Assembly: GCA_023920165.1 (NCBI GenBank)
Contig: CP089276.1
Coordinates: forward strand, 620,001 to 684,000
DNA length: 64,000 nucleotides
DNA from: Curvularia clavata
Taxonomy: Eukaryota
Reading direction: 5' to 3'
Part shown: positions 50,715 through 61,959 of the stretch, piece after piece
How positions within the stretch are numbered: position 1 is the stretch's first letter
Layout: each line of letters opens with the position of its first letter
The notes under the pieces: generated by a model
The model's input: only the letters and a program-made list of their open reading frames with translations
Database searches by the model: none
Told to the model about the DNA's origin: nothing
Translations under genes and position numbers: made by a program

Positions 50715-52205
50715 TTAGTGTTGCATCTCCTCACCATCCACCTCATCGTCCTCGATCTCTGCAGTATCGCCTTCATCGTACCCTCCACCGTCTTCCTCGT
50801 CCTCAGAATCAGTCCCCGATCCTTCGCTCTCGCCTTCACTTCCTGGATCAAAGTCGTCATCTTCCTCCTCATCGTCTTCCTGATCCTGCAGTTCCCTCTC
50901 CGCTTTTTGCAGTTCGCTCTCCTCTTCCTCTCCCGCTTCGTTGGCCTCAGCGCCATTGGCTGCATCCTTCTTGCTGCCCACCTTGTTCACGTTGAGCTTC
51001 TTGGCGCGTCGTTCAGCTGCTAAACTAGCATCCTGGAGGCCATGTTTCTGCACATATTCGTTTATGCCGGCAAAGTCAGCTTGGTCGAGCATACCAAATT
51101 CGACATCGCCGGTAGGGGTGGTGATGACGAGGTTGAACGTGTTGCGAAGGACGGCAGTGTAGGAGATGCTTGTTATCGCGGCAAAGTCGAAAAAGGCTAG
51201 GGGCTTCTTGAAACCATTCAGAATACCTGCTGAGGTGAAGAAAAGGTAACCTGGCAAGTTTTAGTCAGTATGTGAAACACCGGCAGGCTGAGGAGTGATG
51301 CCGCACCTTCTTTACTCCCTCTGTGTGCCTTGACATGGTATGCCTTCTCGCCCTTTCTATGGCTCTCCGGGATTGCACTCGCAAATTCGTCGGCGTCGGG
51401 AAACACCACGTCCTTCCCTGTCCCTGCTTGTATCAGACAATGGTGTATCGCCTCAGCCATTGCGGCCGGCCCCGGGTCTTCGCCCTCTACAATATTCTTT
51501 CCCGTCGCTTCCTCAAACGTCCATACTATCGGCTCTGGTGGCGAGGCTTTCAGCTCGTCAGGGACAGGTGCAACGCCATCGCCGTGTACGGGTATGATAA
51601 CAAAATTATGCTGCTTCTTCGTCTTTTCGGGAACAGGCAAGCAGAAAACCTGGTCGACGTCTTTCCATGCGATTGCAAACTCGACATTTCCACTTGCACC
51701 AATCGCCCGTATGCCCCCATCCTTCTTGTCCACAAGTTCGAGCGTGAACTTCTTGCGCTGTGGCATTGAGAAGCTTACGCCAGGATATGCCTTAAATGCC
51801 TTGGTTGCACTACTTGTGAGGCTGCCCCCAGTGGTGGATGCGCTATTCTGCGCAACATTGCTTTCCTCAATTTTGCGTTTCTTGGTTGCTGGTTCGGCGG
51901 TAAGTCGCGAGGTTTGGTTTAGGATATATGTTGAAATATCGCGAAACAACGAGCTTTGCGTCGGATCCTGGTCTTTCTGAATATTAGTTTGTATTCTGTT
52001 GCATGATTTCTCCTGTGAGAAACGTACCAATGGCGGCATGTACACGCTTTCGCAACTCCTGGTTACTAGCAAAAGCGGCATCGATTTCCTGGGGATGCGG
52101 CGCACGTGTCGACGCCGAGGCTGATGTTGGAACTGGGGCTGGCGCAGGAGTTTGTACCGGGACGACAGGCGCTGATGGTCGGTTGTTGAGTGCTGTAAAA
52201 GCCAT
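50715..52205 (-). CDS. RTT106: Histone chaperone Rtt106
   Basis: [48 protein letters not shown] and EFGMLDQ. Acidic C-terminal tail. Two introns. Confidence 0.92.
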
Positions 52206-53690
52206 GGCGGGCGTTGATATATATTGTTGTTGACAAAAGGCGTTGTTTAAACGCGTCGACGGTACATCGCGACAGACAGAACTAGCGCTCGGTTGTCCAG
52301 GTACATGTGACATCACCCATATCATTCAGCATTCAACCAACATCTGTCAAATGCAAATTAATTACCATGCTGGTGTCTGTCAGACGTAGATATCCTACTA
52401 GTAAAACAATATTTTGATGTCAATCAACAAATGCGACACATGTTGGACGTAATTCAGGTAGCCAATTCGACATTTGCCCCTCTAGCGCCTATTACGCGTA
52501 CTCCATTCTCATCCTGTCCTCCCTGCTGATACTTCTCACCGTGATATTCGCATAGTGTCGGTCTTTGCAGCCAGAAATGCTGGCGCTTGCTCATACAACA
52601 TCCGGGTTGAAGTGATAGGCAGCAACAATGGGACATCTTTCGAGGAATTTGTCAATTACCATCGCCATTGCTGCGCCTAGATATGACAGTCACAAGCTCG
52701 ACATCCATAGAACACCATTCCCCTGGCTCTATTTACAGAAAATCACTGTGCGATCCTACGCCTCCTATAGGCCAACGTGGATCGATCTGGTACCGATACA
52801 AGACCCCGGTCAAACATCTTTCTCACCGATCCTTTGCATGGCAAAACCTGAGGCATTTTTCAGGATTGGCATTATGCTTAACATCCAACATGACCTCAGA
52901 TTCAGCTTATTTGAGCCGCTGTTCAATTGCATACTATGCCTGAGATCTCATTGATCACGAACTTACAACAGGCTATAGTTGATGCGTTTAGATCCACATG
53001 CGACGCGGGGTACGTCTGTCATCATGCGGAAGGCAAGGTGCGGCGCCAAAATGCTCTGCACATGCATCTCATAGTTCTCAATCTTATGGTTGAACAAAAC
53101 CGCATACCAACAGCTTATGAGCCTATGTTTTTGCGACGTGCGAGAACCATGGTCGGTGCAGTCAGGGGACAGTGCACGTTGCGCATCTCATACACTTGCC
53201 GTCGCGGGCATCTGGAACAGCCAATGCCAGACCACAGTAGGCGTTTGACACCTGTCATTTGCATTATGAAGTAAACCGAAAAATGCCGGATACATTGCGG
53301 ACCGTTCAGGCAATACCTTGACTGAAGGCCAAACGGGCCACATGCTGGTATTACAGCATTGACAACTAAGTTCCAACGAAGAGCAAAGGTAACACTCGCT
53401 ACAGCCTAGGTGTCTGACGTGGCATTCGCTTTCTGATTCATCTTTTCCAAATTTCTGAATAATAACTAACTCAGCGTCGCGTACTGCCTTCCGATCCTTC
53501 CAATTTTGTGTCATTTGTAGCTTTTCAGTATCCGATAGGCATCCAGCCCATCTCTCCACTTAATCAGCATTCGTACAACGAACCCTGCCGCGAACTCTGT
53601 CACCGAAATAAACGACCATAACCGGACCGACCAAGCGGAGACACCAGGAGGCCAGTCTTGACCACGCGTCGAGAGCAAACGACGATCAAC

Positions 53691-54629
53691 ATGAAGAAAG
53701 TCGAATTCAAGCTCCCACCACTAGTTGCCAGAGTCAAATCTCTAGTTGTTTCGAAGCAAAATGGTTCACTCATGTTCAATCAGCCGCTGAATACAAATTC
53801 ATGTCCACACCACCGGAAAGCACGTCAATTATATAGCGTCTCCCTGGTCGTTCTCTTCGTTATGGCTCTGTTAGCCATTACATTCAAGGGAATTACATAC
53901 AGCTTCGTTGAAGACAACCGTATGACGGGTTTCGTATTTGAGGCAACAATAGACGGCAACGTTGGCGAGAGCCTTGACATGGCTGCCTTACCCCGGACGA
54001 TATATACTCTACCTACCAAACTGGCCATTATCATTGCTGCTATCAGTCTCTCTGTTGCCGGAGCTCATCTGGGTCTCGTAATCTTAGACTGGAAGAGTGG
54101 TAGAAGGGTAAGTAAATGACCTCTGAGAGGAGACAAAAGGGAAAGACCTGAGTACTAAACATATATGCAGACACAGCCCTACGCTTTTCGCCGCAACATC
54201 ATGTTTGTGCACATCATCAACGCCTTACTTGTCTTATTTGCCATGATTGCAATCTTTGTAACGCACAAAAGCTCGTCACACTTTGCCGACAGCTATGTTT
54301 CTCAGCGTGTCGAATCCATGCGCGATGCCCCCACAAATCTGGAGCTCGTTTTTCGCTACAACATTGGCACATTTGACCTCGAGACGTGGTCTTGCGAGTT
54401 GAAGAGGGTAAAGGGCGCTCAGATGGTGCAAGACGACTATGCCAAACAGTGTGCAATTGAAGTTGCGGGCCGGGCTATCTTGGTTCCATTCGCTCTTGCG
54501 GCTTGGTTAGTGGCGGCGGTAGGAATCTGGAGCTTCATCGAGGGTGGGCGGAAAGGTCCGGACGGTCAACGCATGAGGACTGAGGAAGTAGGGGTTGAGA
54601 TGGAAAAGATGAACGCAACAGACGAATAG
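53691..54629 (+). CDS. Hypothetical four-TM membrane protein
   Basis: Two ORFs joined by a GTAAGT...CAG intron. Four hydrophobic segments and FDLETWSC...C motif of a fungal 4-TM family. Confidence 0.7.
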
Positions 54630-54884
54630 ACGGGTTCAGGTTCGATGGGTTTGCATTGCTGGTGTTTAGCGGAATCTCTTTGGCACATGAACAGTACATA
54701 TTTTGGGATAGATATGATAATTGTTAATCTTCTTATTTCACACATCATCGATTTGACCTCAAGTAAACAGAATTTTGGGAAGGGAAAGTTCATATTCTGC
54801 TACGAAGCATGACATGGCTACATTGCCGGTCGTGATCTTACCAAGGAACTGGGTGACATCCCCAGATAGCACAGCCCATCGCTA

Positions 54885-55292
54885 CTACTTTTTCAGTCCA
54901 CTTAGCAACCCAGGGTTCTTCTGCGTTACATTCGTCTTACCTTTCAAGTTCAGTTTCACCTCGTTCTCTTGTAGCACCTCAGTCGACTCCTTCTTCTCTT
55001 TTACCTTGTCCTCATCTTCAGGCAACGCTGAAACGATGCCTTGTTTCTCGGCAGCCTGTCGTCGCCCAGGTCGCGCATAGTCCAACAGTTCGTCATCTGT
55101 CAACTCGTACTCGTCACTGTCAGCGCTTATCATACCATGATCATCACTGTCAGGGGATAAGAAACTGTCATCCAATACTTTGTGTTTTGATGATGGGTGA
55201 GTGGGTGGTGAATTCACCTGCCGGTTTTGAGGTGTTGCTCTCGTGACAGTATTCTGCTGTTTATTGGGTTGGGATACGTTGAAGTTCGGCAT
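54885..55292 (-). CDS. Small hydrophilic hypothetical protein
   Basis: 135-aa ORF with acidic and Lys/Glu-rich low-complexity segments. No recognised domain. Confidence 0.4.
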   Translation of the reverse strand: MPNFNVSQPNKQQNTVTRATPQNRQVNSPPTHPSSKHKVLDDSFLSPDSDDHGMISADSDEYELTDDELLDYARPGRRQAAEKQGIVSALPEDEDKVKEKKESTEVLQENEVKLNLKGKTNVTQKNPGLLSGLKK

Positions 55293-55347
55293 CTTAGTAT
55301 TCGGATTGGGATACGTTGAAGTTCGGCATCTTAGTATTCGGATTGGG
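55269..55347. repeat. Perfect 37-bp tandem duplication
   Basis: TTGGGATACGTTGAAGTTCGGCATCTTAGTATTCGGA at 55269-55305 and 55306-55342, followed by TTGGG. Confidence 0.95.
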
Positions 55348-58052
55348 TTGAATAATGAATCAGTGTTAGTAAGGTAGTTGAAGATGTTTGGGTTTGGGTT
55401 TTATTGCCTAATGCCTGTTCGCGTTGTGAAAGTCTACAATGTTTGTTGGCACTGTAAGGGCATACTTGTGCGCAACACAATGTATTGGCGCTGTTGTAGC
55501 TAAGATGAATATCCGAAGATTAGATGCTCAGCGCTGTGCGCGAATGGTGTTGAAAAGATAGTCTGCCTACCGCGACGAGTGTATGAAAGTGACAGCCCAT
55601 GCGCAGTGTTTGTACTACAGAAAGCACCCGGCTGCAGTACTAGAACTTCCTTCAACGTTTCAGCCATGGCCAAAGTCAAGGAGAAGTACTTCCATAAACA
55701 ATGACTCAACGCATGCATCTCATACTATCTTCCTAGGCTTGCAGTTGTGCGTGTTCTCCTTGAATCACTGAGGTCCTAGTCCTCCGGCGAGTGCATCACA
55801 GCATTGAAGCTATCATGCAAATAGACCCTTTTTGCCATAAGATTCTGAAGAGTCAAATTCCCATACAATAGAGGCATTTTCTAGAACCATCTGCAAGACT
55901 AGGACTATTCCGAGCATCTTGCAGAAGTCCAGAGACTGTCGTATACGCTAGAGCTACTAAACCTTAGCTGTCAAATGTAAAAATATGCCGAACAGCATGG
56001 GAATAACGATAAGGTTTCTTGAACACGAGGTGCAGTGACAAGGCCCGTGATATATGCACGTGTTGACAAACCCCAGACTGGCAGATAATAGGGTGACAGG
56101 GCTCCTAAGACCGGTTGAGCGCGGATAGGAGGGACTGTTCAGGTGTGGCTGACCATGGAGAAAAGTCTCTCGCCCCGGGTTTTATTCAATAGAACATTTC
56201 CAAGGTTCTGGGAATAGCAGCGTCAATCTAACGCATCCCAAACAGGTGGAATGGGTCGGAAGGGCGGCATGCCATATTGGTCCGATCAGCTAGGCTCAAT
56301 TGAGTCAAGCGCATGTGGCTGGAAGTATACACCTCACTTCAGCCTTGCTCCATCCGCACACTTCCACTGGTCCGACAACCACCCAACATATTCGTACGTA
56401 GGTGGATTGGTGACGAGTAGACGATATGGGTGGACCTGATGCGTATCAGACTCGTCACTTCCGCGGTGTCTCATCCACCTACTCACCGAGTTGAAAGCTG
56501 TCTGATCGATCAGCCGTCCCACAATACTCAAGTCCAAAGCCGAAGTAGACCGGATACGAGAAATTGCGATCAACCTTTGGAGACAATTATGACAAAATGT
56601 CTTTGTGCTGACCCGCCATCGACCTTTTGAGCACATCATTGTATCATGAGACTCATGAGGAGGTAAACATACTCTCGGATGCTGTAAGACGACTGGCCCG
56701 AGTCGCGGGGTTCGAGTGGCGGTACGAGTTGTGACTCCACGCTAAACTCTTTCAAAGCCTTGAGCTATGGAAAAGACGGGTTGCTGGCATCTCTGACAGA
56801 AAGAACCAGTCTCGTACGCCCAATCATTGAGATCGACCAAGACAGGTGTATTTTTACGACTGTACCTACTCCAGCCGCGGATATGACGCACAGGTTCAAC
56901 GTCTTACCACTACTCTGTAAAGGGCGCCCCACTTGATGATCATGATCTACCTTTGGTGATTGCGAATGCAAGCTTCTAGCGTCTCTACTAAACCAGCTGT
57001 AGGACTAAGGCAAGAGAAAGGCAAGGCAACACGGACACTGCCGCTTTTGATGCTCGCTGTATCTCGATTTGAAATAATTCGATAGCTGGCATTAGATTGG
57101 TGTATCTGATGCTCTTCTATTACTTCGTCCGACTCTTACTCATGAGAGCTTAAAGTACCATCGCCCAACTTTGTCTACTGTTAGTCGCTCTACCCCACAA
57201 ATGCACCAAGACTTTTCCAAGCCTGGGGTAAGCTACATGAAATGCTTCTTCGGTCATCTTGCACTTATTTCTAGACAAGCGGAACACTCGGCAACGGTGA
57301 GTTACCTTTTTAGGCAACATAATGGTCTGCTGCTCATCGACCGGGCTAGTGCCAATATTGTTTGCTGTGCAGCTCCGGGAGAACCGTCGGAGCTTACTCC
57401 GCACTTGTATGGACCCTTCCAGCGCATCTACACCAAGGGTTAGTCACTGGGCGGAATGAGTTTCCATCTGCTGGAAACCATTGCTTGGATGTGTCATATT
57501 GGCTGCTTGTACTATGCAAAGTTCGGGATTTCGCTGATAGAAGACACTCGAGTTGTCTTGAATCGGTAGGTTGAGCAACTGAAAACATGTTCCTGGCGAT
57601 CGGAATCCACCAAGCCCGGCTGTTGATCATTGGCGACCACGGCTCTCTGGGAACCCTTTTTCTGTTAGCAGCCAATCACACTGGTTTGTGTTACTTGAGA
57701 CAGCGACATTTCTGACTACACTCACCACCCACATCATTGGAGCCAACACGACGGACTCCCGGCTCCCTGACCAGTTCGGATACGAGTCTCCACAATGCTT
57801 ATGCAGACTTGCACGTTCTGATATCATGTTTATCGATATGACGACGTTGGAGACGGGCGAGGCTCGCTAGCATTCGAACAAGGTACCCCGGGACTATGCC
57901 AATGAAGAAGTCGGGGATATTGGGTAAGTTATGTCATGCTATCATCAGGACACTATGCATACGTATAAGAATCCCTGAGTTTCCTCCTCTTTGGCAGGCA
58001 TCCTCGAAATCTCCAGCGCCAGTCTTACTGCAGAATCGTTCCACACTTCAAC

Positions 58053-59060
58053 ATGAGATACGCTTTCATTCCTCTTACACTGGGCCTCGGTGCCAACGCC
58101 TTGGTCCCTCGTTCGTCTACCCAATGTTATAATCTTAAGGCATCTGGTGGCGCTGAAGGCATCCTTGGCCAACTCGATGACGGCCAAAACCGCGTTGGCG
58201 ATCACTTGCCCACTGGCTGCTACTGCCTATGCGATGGCGGCTTTACTGATTCCAAAGGAAGGGGTTGCATCTTGACACCACCTACCACTCAGTTCCAGTG
58301 TGATGTCGGTGCATCCCCCACGGGCGGCTTCGCTGTTGGATCCAACGGCAGCGTCACTTACAATGGCGATGCCACATTCTACGCCTGCCCTGTCAATGAC
58401 TATGGTGTATACAATGTCTACTCGAAGCCTGTTGCAGGCCAAGACAAATGCGTAAAGATTACTCTTGAAACGGCCGGTTCTTGCGGCGCCAGCAACACAC
58501 CTTCACCTGCACCAAAGCCAAGTCCTCAACCTCAGCCAAGCCCTAAGCCCGAGCCTTCTCCGTCACCCAGCAACTCCTGCCCGCAAGATCTCAACGGAAA
58601 CTACCAGTACCCTCACCTCATCGTCCCCGTCGACTCCCAGCACCCCGACCAAGCTTACGGCACACAATACAACGGCAAGGTAAACAGCCACACGTGCACT
58701 ATCTTCAACTTCGACATCCCCTCTTCCTACGCTGGCAAAACATGCTCGGCTATCTTCCTTCTACCCAAGAAAGCTGATCTCGAGACTTCCGACTACACCA
58801 TCTCGGGCTCTGGCTACTGCACTGCGACCAAGCTCAAGGGCAACGCTGATCAGCAGACTACCTGGAACAACCAGCCTGCTGTCGACGGCAAGGGTGCTTC
58901 GTTTGAAATCATGCCTGGTGGTTCTTGGACCGCTGATACGTTTGATTGCCCTGCGGGCCAGCGTATCTCGTATAAGTTGTGCACTGATAGCGATTTTTCG
59001 CTTGAGTACTTCCAGGACTATAATCCGAGCCCGATTGGTATGTACGTGCGCCAGTGCTAG
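58053..59060 (+). CDS. Secreted cell-wall-type protein with But2 C-terminal domain
   Basis: Signal peptide, LGQLDDGQNR, GRGCILTPPTTQFQCD, Pro-rich linker, YPHLIVPVD, FNFDIP and LEYFQDYNPSPIG. Confidence 0.85.
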   Translation: MRYAFIPLTLGLGANALVPRSSTQCYNLKASGGAEGILGQLDDGQNRVGDHLPTGCYCLCDGGFTDSKGRGCILTPPTTQFQCDVGASPTGGFAVGSNGSVTYNGDATFYACPVNDYGVYNVYSKPVAGQDKCVKITLETAGSCGASNTPSPAPKPSPQPQPSPKPEPSPSPSNSCPQDLNGNYQYPHLIVPVDSQHPDQAYGTQYNGKVNSHTCTIFNFDIPSSYAGKTCSAIFLLPKKADLETSDYTISGSGYCTATKLKGNADQQTTWNNQPAVDGKGASFEIMPGGSWTADTFDCPAGQRISYKLCTDSDFSLEYFQDYNPSPIGMYVRQC

Positions 59061-59744
59061 CTGGACAGCAAGATGTTCTTCTTGTGAACGCCAGAAGTGG
59101 TACAAGATGCTTGAATGGAAGGGGTGGGGGTCTCGTTTTCTTTTCCTAATGATTGATTACGAAAGCGCAGTGTGTGTGGTTGACATTCACCTACGTGAAC
59201 CACGATGATGAAGACAATGACACTCCTTATGAATTATAAAACTACTTGTATCTTACATAGTATATGAGAAACAGAAAAGTAGAAAGATAATTAAATGTAT
59301 ATTTGCTCTCCCATGCTGGGTTTTTGAGGATCGACTTTTATGGTTTTTGGGTTGGTGTGTGCGATGATGCGATCTGTTTCTGCTCATACATCTGATGCAC
59401 CGACGCTCAGCTTGGCGGCGCACTGTTGGACATGATCCTTCTCGTAGCCATACCCTTATCCCGTATCGCTCATCATCTTCATCACCGCCAAGCTGAAGTT
59501 GAAAGGTCCGCTGCCAGATCAGGAAAGAGCATTGATCACGCTAGTTCCTACCCTAGTCCTGATTGAGCTGGTGGGCTGTTTACAAAGGTACGTCATAACC
59601 AAAAACATCAGGCGAATTACTACGCCATTCTGGAGTGTTGAGTCTGAGTTTTCCTTTACGCTCTGCAATTCCCAAGCTGTTCCTCAATCGCCAAACTCGA
59701 ATTCAATTTTACAAAAACCGCAAATCATCAGACGGTTGTTCACT

Positions 59745-60739
59745 ATGCCTTCCAAAGCTAGCACAGAAGATCTTCACGTCGCCAAGCTCTTTTCCGTCAA
59801 GGACTATGTCTGCGTGGTGACTGGAGGAGGCTCCGGCATAGGTCTGATGGCTGCTCAAGCGTTGGCTGCAAATGGTGCCAAGGTATGTGTGCATCCCAAT
59901 GCTGATGTGCATAACTGACGAGTGAGTGCAGGTATACATTACTGGCCGTCGTCAGGAAGGTAAGAGGAAGCATCTTTGTAATGGTGAATTGGCGTAACTG
60001 ACTTTTGTGCCAACCAACAGCTCTGGAGACTGCTGCCAAGTCACACAATCCCGATGAAGGTGGACAGATAATACCACTCTCGCCTTGCGACGTAACGAAG
60101 AAGGATGATCTGGAGCGCATGTACCAGGAGCTAGCTTCCAAGGAAAAGTACATCAACCTGCTTGTCACATCGGCTGGAGTATCCGGCCAAAAGGCAGTGC
60201 CGGACGCAGAAAAGGCCACTGATATGAAGAAGAAGCTCTTTGACAACGAGACGTTTGAGGGCTGGGCCGAGACATACAACACTGATGTCACTGCAGTGTA
60301 CTTCTCTACCGTTGCACTGTTGCCACTTTTGCAAGCTGGAACCGAGACTCATGGTCACCTCTCGGCGTCAGTTATCGTCATCAGCTCCATGTCGGGTATC
60401 ATCAAGGACGCACAGGGCCACTTCAGCTACAACGCGGCCAAGGGTGGTACTGTCCACTTGAGCAAGCTCATGTCGGCCGAGTTCCAGAAGCTTCGCATTC
60501 GTGTGAACAGCATTGCGCCGGGCTACTTCCCGTCGGAGATGACGGCCAAAGAAAGCGACGAGCACCAGAAGAGCGACCTGCCGGACGAAAAGATTCAGGA
60601 GAAGGGCCATGTTCCACATGGCCGTGCGGGCAGCGATGCAGAGATGGCACAGGCAGTCATCTTCTTTGCCAAGAACTCGTACGTTAATGGGCAGATTCTG
60701 GCGGTTGATGGTGGCGTGCTCAACGTTGTGAGCTCTTGA
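59745..60739 (+). CDS. Short-chain dehydrogenase/reductase
   Basis: VTGGGSGIG, YNAAK, RVNSIAPGYFPS and YVNGQILAVDGG. 28-nt internal exon at 59932-59959. Confidence 0.92.
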
Positions 60740-61326
60740 GGTGGCTGCAGGCAAGGCGGGAAGGAAAAGGCGGGTGGGGGACCGGGATTGGTTTCAAGCA
60801 TGGCTAGGGAACTATTGAGGTTGGAGTATGGCGTGGTTGGCATAATAGTGTGATAGGAGCATGTTTGGGGAATATGATATAAGGTTCGATGTGAAACGCG
60901 TGAGCAGTGGGATGGCATCGGTTGTCTATAGTACATTGTGCAAAGGGTGACGAAACCGAGTCGGTGCAAATTCCCAGATGGGTGGTCAAAGCCATGGTTC
61001 CCCACATTCCCCGCGATCAGGCCAAGCTGGTTGGATGCGAGGCATGACGGGTGGTATACCGAGTGGACAGTAAGCCATGGATTGCGCCCGGTGCCTGAGG
61101 TGTATGTAGACATGCAGTGAGGGGGCGCACGTGAATACGCGTGAACAAGGTTGTGTGCACCCTGCCGCGAGCATAAAAAAAGCAACCACGGGACCTGGGG
61201 CAAAAGAAAGGCGAAAAAGGCGAACTAGCAGGTCGTTGGGTGGGCTCAGGACAGGCACGGCTTGCGAGGGGACATGTCGAGACGGCTGGCGAGTAGAAGG
61301 GCCTAGTTTGTGTAGCGGTCTAGTAT

Positions 61327-61450
61327 GCGTTGCGTAGCGCAGCGTTGGGTAGCGCAGCGTAGCGTAACGTAATAACAGCAGCCCACGACGTCGAGGATTC
61401 CCTTGGACCACGACCGCTCTCGGCCTCGACCTCGACCTCGACCTCGACCT
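61327..61450. repeat. Short simple repeats upstream of the kinase gene
   Basis: Degenerate (GCGTA)n at 61327-61371 and (CCTCGA)4 at 61424-61450. Confidence 0.8.
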
Positions 61451-61959
61451 TTGCCCATGACACCGGCGCACGCCTAGCGACGCTTTGACAGAGTTGGGCG
61501 ACAAGCGCGGACGTCACGGCCGTCTCTGGCAGGCGGCAGCAGCTCTGGGATTCGCTGGCCAGATTGCCAGGCGTGTTTCGCGGCCAGGATCCCCAACTGA
61601 TAATTGCTCTTTCGCTCCCACGGCGTGAGACGGACCCCGCCAACGATCCAAGCCGAGTCGCGCATGGACGAACAACAACAACCCTACCCGCGACTTTGAT
61701 GTCAACTGCTGCAAACGACTGTGCGCCTGTTTTCTGCGGTCTCGCTGCCGCTGCTGCTGTTGCTGCTCCCGCTGTTGCTGCTGCTTCTGCTGCTGCTCGA
61801 GGACATGCACACCGCAGCGAGTCACGCACCGCCGCCCAACCTCGACCACAGCACAAAACACGCCCGCCACAAGCCACCGGCGGACTTGACCCGGATATAA
61901 GAAAAGCCCACTGAGAGCCACCGCGACTGGGTCCAGGGCCGCCGCAGCCCAAAGCCAAC

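Noticed and set aside
56690..56745. GGTTCGA B-box-like motif suggesting a tRNA or SINE
   Set aside because: The flanks do not form a T-stem or cloverleaf.
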